Part shown: positions 60,513-64,000 of the stretch, one piece after another | Layout of the letters: every line of letters begins with the position of its first letter | Numbering within the stretch: position 1 is the stretch's first letter | DNA from: Chthoniobacteraceae bacterium | Lineage (GTDB): Bacteria; Verrucomicrobiota; Verrucomicrobiia; Chthoniobacterales; Chthoniobacteraceae | Assembly: GCA_031409335.1 (NCBI GenBank) | Contig: JANNWY010000236.1 | Location: forward strand, 1-64,000 | DNA: 64,000 nucleotides | Direction: 5' to 3' | Notes under the pieces: generated by a model | Seen by the model: only the letters and a program-made list of their open reading frames with translations | The model's database searches: none | What the model was told of the DNA's origin: nothing | Position numbers and translations under genes: made by a program

Positions 60513-61595
60513 ATGCCGAAGAAGTCCAGCAAGCCCATCGTCCCCGCGCTTCCGAGCGAGACATGGCGCGCGCTTTACGAAGCGGCGGATGCGCTGGGCG
60601 AACTGCGGCTCTGGGAGTGCATGGGCGATTCCGAGCTGCTCGGCGTGGACGATCCGCACTCGGGCGGGCCGGTGCTCGGCGCAGTGATGGGTGGGATGGG
60701 CGAGGTGTTTGGCATCGCGCTGCACCACGGGCCGGCGGCGCTGCGCTGGGTGCTCGACCTGGCGACGAACGATGCGCCGGAGGTGGACATGGACGCGTTT
60801 CTTTCCATCGCGGTGGTGAAAGTGGAGTTCGTGCCAAAGGGCGAGCTGCCGCCGGAGGACAAGCGCCGTATGAAAGCGCTCGGCTTCGTACCGCGCGGCG
60901 GCTTGCGCGCGAAGTGGCCCGTTTTCCAAAGCCACCGGCCCAGCTACCTGCCGTGGCACATCGATGAAAGCGACGCGCGCCTGCTGCTGCACGCGCTGCC
61001 GCGGCTCACGGCGCTCGGCGCGGCGGTGCGTCCGCTTTACGAGAGCGACGATGATTTTCCGTCAGACGGTTTTGCCTTTTTCCCGAAAGACCGCGCCGCG
61101 GGACCGCTGCGGCTGGATGAGGTCGAGTGGCGGCAGGTAACGGTGCCGCCGGAGTCGGCGCCTGCTGCGTTTGCCGTGGATGAAGTGACGGCGGCGATTC
61201 TCGCGAAGCTGCCGCGGCAGTCCGCCGTGGTGCTCGAAGTGGAGGCGTTTTGCGGAATCGGCTCCATCGCGGAGGGCGGCGAAGATGGGTGTCCGTGGCT
61301 GGTGAAAGCGGCGCTGGCTGCCGAGTCCGAATCGGGTTTCATCGCGGGCATGGAACTGGGCAAATCGCCAGGCGACACGCTGGAGGCCATCGCGGGCCGC
61401 GCGTTCGTGGGCGGGATGAAGAAGCTCGGCGTCCGGCCCGGCGCGGTGCATTTGAAAAATCGTCGCGTCGCGGAATCACTGGCCGCGCTGGCCGCGCAAC
61501 TCGGCATCCCGCTCAAACTGTGTCGCGAGCTTCCCGCAGTGGACGAGGCGCGCGCCGCGATGCCGCCGCAGTTTGGCTTTGGGATGCCGATGTGA
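60513..61595 (+). CDS. Conserved hypothetical protein
   Basis: 360-aa ATG ORF; W..LY.AA...W..M.D, VMG..GE..G, WP.F.S.RP.YLPW pattern; function unknown. Confidence 0.7.
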   Translation: MPKKSSKPIVPALPSETWRALYEAADALGELRLWECMGDSELLGVDDPHSGGPVLGAVMGGMGEVFGIALHHGPAALRWVLDLATNDAPEVDMDAFLSIAVVKVEFVPKGELPPEDKRRMKALGFVPRGGLRAKWPVFQSHRPSYLPWHIDESDARLLLHALPRLTALGAAVRPLYESDDDFPSDGFAFFPKDRAAGPLRLDEVEWRQVTVPPESAPAAFAVDEVTAAILAKLPRQSAVVLEVEAFCGIGSIAEGGEDGCPWLVKAALAAESESGFIAGMELGKSPGDTLEAIAGRAFVGGMKKLGVRPGAVHLKNRRVAESLAALAAQLGIPLKLCRELPAVDEARAAMPPQFGFGMPM

Positions 61596-61628
61596 AACGC
61601 GGCGAACCGCCAACTTACGACTGACCGC

Positions 61629-63563
61629 ATGGAATTGACGACGGCTCTCCAGACGCACTTCGGGCACGACGGTTTCCGTGACGGACAGGAGGACGTGATC
61701 CGCGCGCTGCTCGCCGGCGAATCCGCGCTGGCGCTTTTTCCCACGGGCGCGGGGAAGTCGCTGTGCTACCAGCTCCCGGCGGTGCTGCGCGAGGGGACGG
61801 CGCTCGTCATCTCGCCGCTTATCGCGCTGATGAAAGATCAGGTCGATGCGCTGCGGGCGCGCGGGATCGCGGCGGCGCGGCTCGACTCCAGCCTCACCGC
61901 GGAGGAAACGCAGCGCGTGTATGCGGACCTGCGCGAGGGCGTGTTGAAGCTGCTTTACGTCGCGCCGGAGCGGCTTTCGGGAGAGGCGTTCCTTGATCGG
62001 ATTCGGCGGGTGAAAATCTCGCTGCTCGCGATTGATGAGGCGCATTGCATTTCGGAATGGGGGCACAATTTTCGCCCGGAATATCTGCGCCTCGCCCGCG
62101 TCGCGGAGGAGCTGGCGCTGCGGCCCGTGCTCGCACTCACGGCCACGGCGACGCCGGATGTCGCGCGCGATATTTGCAAGGCATTCGGCATCGCGGATGA
62201 GCGGCACGTGCAGACCTCCTTCCGCCGAAAGAATCTCCACCTGCGCATCACGCCGTGCGCCGCGAATGAAAAGCTGGCGGTGCTCACCAAGCGCCTCGCC
62301 AGCGCGAAGGTCCGGCCCGCGGTGGTGTATGTCACTTTCCAAAAAAACGCCGAGCAAGTCGCCGCGCACCTCGCGAATGCGGGCCTCGCAGCGCGCGCGT
62401 ATCACGCGGGGATGACCGCCGAGGATCGCGACGCGACGCAGGAGGCGTTCATGCGCGGCGCGTGCGAAGTCATCGTGGCGACGATCGCCTTCGGCATGGG
62501 GATAGATAAGGCGGACATCCGCAGCGTCATCCATTTCAACCTGCCGAAGACGCTCGAAAACTATCAGCAGGAAATCGGGCGCGCGGGCCGCGACGGCCAG
62601 CCCGCGCTCTGCGAATTGCTCGCCTGCGCGGACGACGCGGTGCCGCTGGAAAACTTCACCCTCGGCGACACGCCGGCGCCGGACGCCGTCGAGGCGCTCG
62701 TCAGGAAAATGCTCGGCTCCGGCGAGGAGTTCGACGTGAGCCGCTACGACCTCAGCCAGGAGACCGACATCCGCCCGCTCGTCGTCGAGACCGTCATCAC
62801 CTATCTCGAACTCGACGGCCTGCTGCGCCCCACGCGCGCCTTTTACGAGAGCACGCAGGTGCAGTTCCTGAAACCCGAGAGCGCCATCCTCGCCGGCCTC
62901 AACGACGACCGCCGCCGCTTCCTCACCGCGCTCTTCGCCGCCGGTCGGCGCGGCCCGAAATACCTCACCCTCGCGATAGAAACCGCCGCACAACAGCTCG
63001 GCGAACCGCGCGACCGCATCGTGAAAGCGCTCACCTGGCTGGAGGAAACCAGCTCCATCACGCAAAAGCCCGCCGGCCTGCGCCACGGCTTCCGCCTCAC
63101 CGGCGACGCCGCCCAACGCGACCCCGCCGCCGTTGCCGCGCATCAGGCCGAACTCTTCGCCCAGCGCGAAGCCCGCGACTCCCAGCGCCTCGCCCAAATC
63201 CTCGACTTCGCCAGCGCCCCCGGCTGCATCACCCGCCGCCTGCTCGCCTACTTCGGCGAACCTCTCCCCGACGAAAACTGCGGCCACTGCCACCACTGCC
63301 GCACCGGCGAACCCGCCGCCGCCATCACCCTCCCCGCCACCCCCATCGCCGAGTTCACCGAGTCCGACACCGAAGAAATCCGCGCCCTCATCTTCGAGGA
63401 AATCCCCTCCCTCTCCACCCCGCGCCAGCTCACCCGCTACCTCTGCGGCCTCACCAGCCCCGCCACCACCCGCGCCAAACTCACCCGCCGCCCCGAGTTC
63501 GGCCGCTACGCCGCAGTGCCCTTCCGCACAGTCCTCGCCCAGGTCGAGGCGTGCTCGGAGTAA
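61629..63563 (+). CDS. RecQ family ATP-dependent DNA helicase
   Basis: PTGAGKSLCYQLP, SPLIALMKDQ, DEAHCISEWGHNFRP, ATIAFGMGIDK, QEIGRAGRDG, Zn-binding C...CGHC..C. Confidence 0.94.
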   Translation: MELTTALQTHFGHDGFRDGQEDVIRALLAGESALALFPTGAGKSLCYQLPAVLREGTALVISPLIALMKDQVDALRARGIAAARLDSSLTAEETQRVYADLREGVLKLLYVAPERLSGEAFLDRIRRVKISLLAIDEAHCISEWGHNFRPEYLRLARVAEELALRPVLALTATATPDVARDICKAFGIADERHVQTSFRRKNLHLRITPCAANEKLAVLTKRLASAKVRPAVVYVTFQKNAEQVAAHLANAGLAARAYHAGMTAEDRDATQEAFMRGACEVIVATIAFGMGIDKADIRSVIHFNLPKTLENYQQEIGRAGRDGQPALCELLACADDAVPLENFTLGDTPAPDAVEALVRKMLGSGEEFDVSRYDLSQETDIRPLVVETVITYLELDGLLRPTRAFYESTQVQFLKPESAILAGLNDDRRRFLTALFAAGRRGPKYLTLAIETAAQQLGEPRDRIVKALTWLEETSSITQKPAGLRHGFRLTGDAAQRDPAAVAAHQAELFAQREARDSQRLAQILDFASAPGCITRRLLAYFGEPLPDENCGHCHHCRTGEPAAAITLPATPIAEFTESDTEEIRALIFEEIPSLSTPRQLTRYLCGLTSPATTRAKLTRRPEFGRYAAVPFRTVLAQVEACSE

Positions 63564-63590
63564 CGAGTGGCGCAGTTCGAAAAAACGGCC

Positions 63591-63845
63591 GTCATTCTGA
63601 ACGGAGCACCGCGTGGGCGTAGGCGGGGCGGCGCGGAGTGAAGAATCGCTGAAAGTAACGGGCGGAGGCGGTTTGGCGAGGTGCGGATGTTTCACTCCAC
63701 CCCCTCCGTCCACATTGCAGTCAGGATTGCGCCGGCCTTCGCCCACGCACTCTTCACTTCATTCCCGCCCGTCTGCTTGTCCGCCCACCAACCCCCGCTG
63801 TTCCCCTCCGCCTCCTTGGCCTGCCGGAAATTCCGTTCAGAATGA
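63591..63845. repeat. REP-like inverted-repeat element
   Basis: TCATTCTGAACGG (63592) pairs with CCGTTCAGAATGA (63833-63845); GGAGTGAAGAATC has degenerate reverse copies at ~63688 and ~63750; between convergent genes. Confidence 0.7.
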
Positions 63846-63855
63846 TTGCCCGATG

Positions 63856-64000
63856 CTACGGGCGCCGCCGGGCGCCGTCTCGCTGGAGCGCGTTTGCGAT
63901 CAAGTCCTCGGTAAGAAAACACGAAGTGCCGCGCAGCTTCTCCAAGGCCACGGGCAATGACACGAGTTCACGCGCCGCCGCCACTTCGAGGATGCCGACC
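63856..64000 (-). CDS. C-terminal end of a DUF3368-like (PIN-related) protein, 5' end beyond window
   Basis: Manual translation VGILEVAAARELVSLPVALEKLRGTSCFLTEDLIANALQRDGARRRP*, matching the G.L..AA...L...A...L..T.F....LI pattern. Confidence 0.65.
   Translation of the reverse strand, partial: VGILEVAAARELVSLPVALEKLRGTSCFLTEDLIANALQRDGARRRP

Overview
High-GC bacterial chromosomal window, most likely Verrucomicrobiota (Chthoniobacterales-like; inferred from gene content and repeat style, not from a marker gene). 1-21.6 kb is a surface-protein export locus. Two giant minus-strand proteins share an N-terminal RRxLLLETxExRILxS (LEPRxLL-like) leader and lack a Sec signal peptide: a DUF4347/CSLREA/beta-helix protein that runs off the window and is missing from the ORF track, and a ~4,276-aa isopeptide/DUF11/SdrD-B adhesin. 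They are transcribed divergently from an operon of TolC, a C-terminally truncated SecA paralogue and a membrane fusion protein, with no ABC transporter, and sigma54-type promoters sit upstream. 21.6-41 kb is mostly housekeeping (split sugar kinase-murQ, vanZ-like, ligA, argG, GT2, methyltransferase, nadE, DUF362, pilT, YtrA-type GntR/ABC operon), dotted with palindromic REP-like elements and a candidate sigma54-driven small RNA. 41-49 kb is a Type I restriction-modification operon (hsdM-hsdS-hsdR) with a two-gene insert (DUF4365-like nuclease plus an uncharacterised 379-aa protein) between hsdS and hsdR, and an in-frame REP insertion inside hsdS. 49-64 kb holds a GH144-like glucanase, an Old Yellow Enzyme, a coupled Schlafen/AlbA_2-ATPase + ParA pair, a dehydrogenase, an alpha-E protein, a U32 family protein, a sphingomonad-like mutM, RecQ and the end of a DUF3368 gene. 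No rRNA, tRNA, CRISPR array, integrase or transposase was recognised. All family assignments are from motif recognition by eye; no searches were run.
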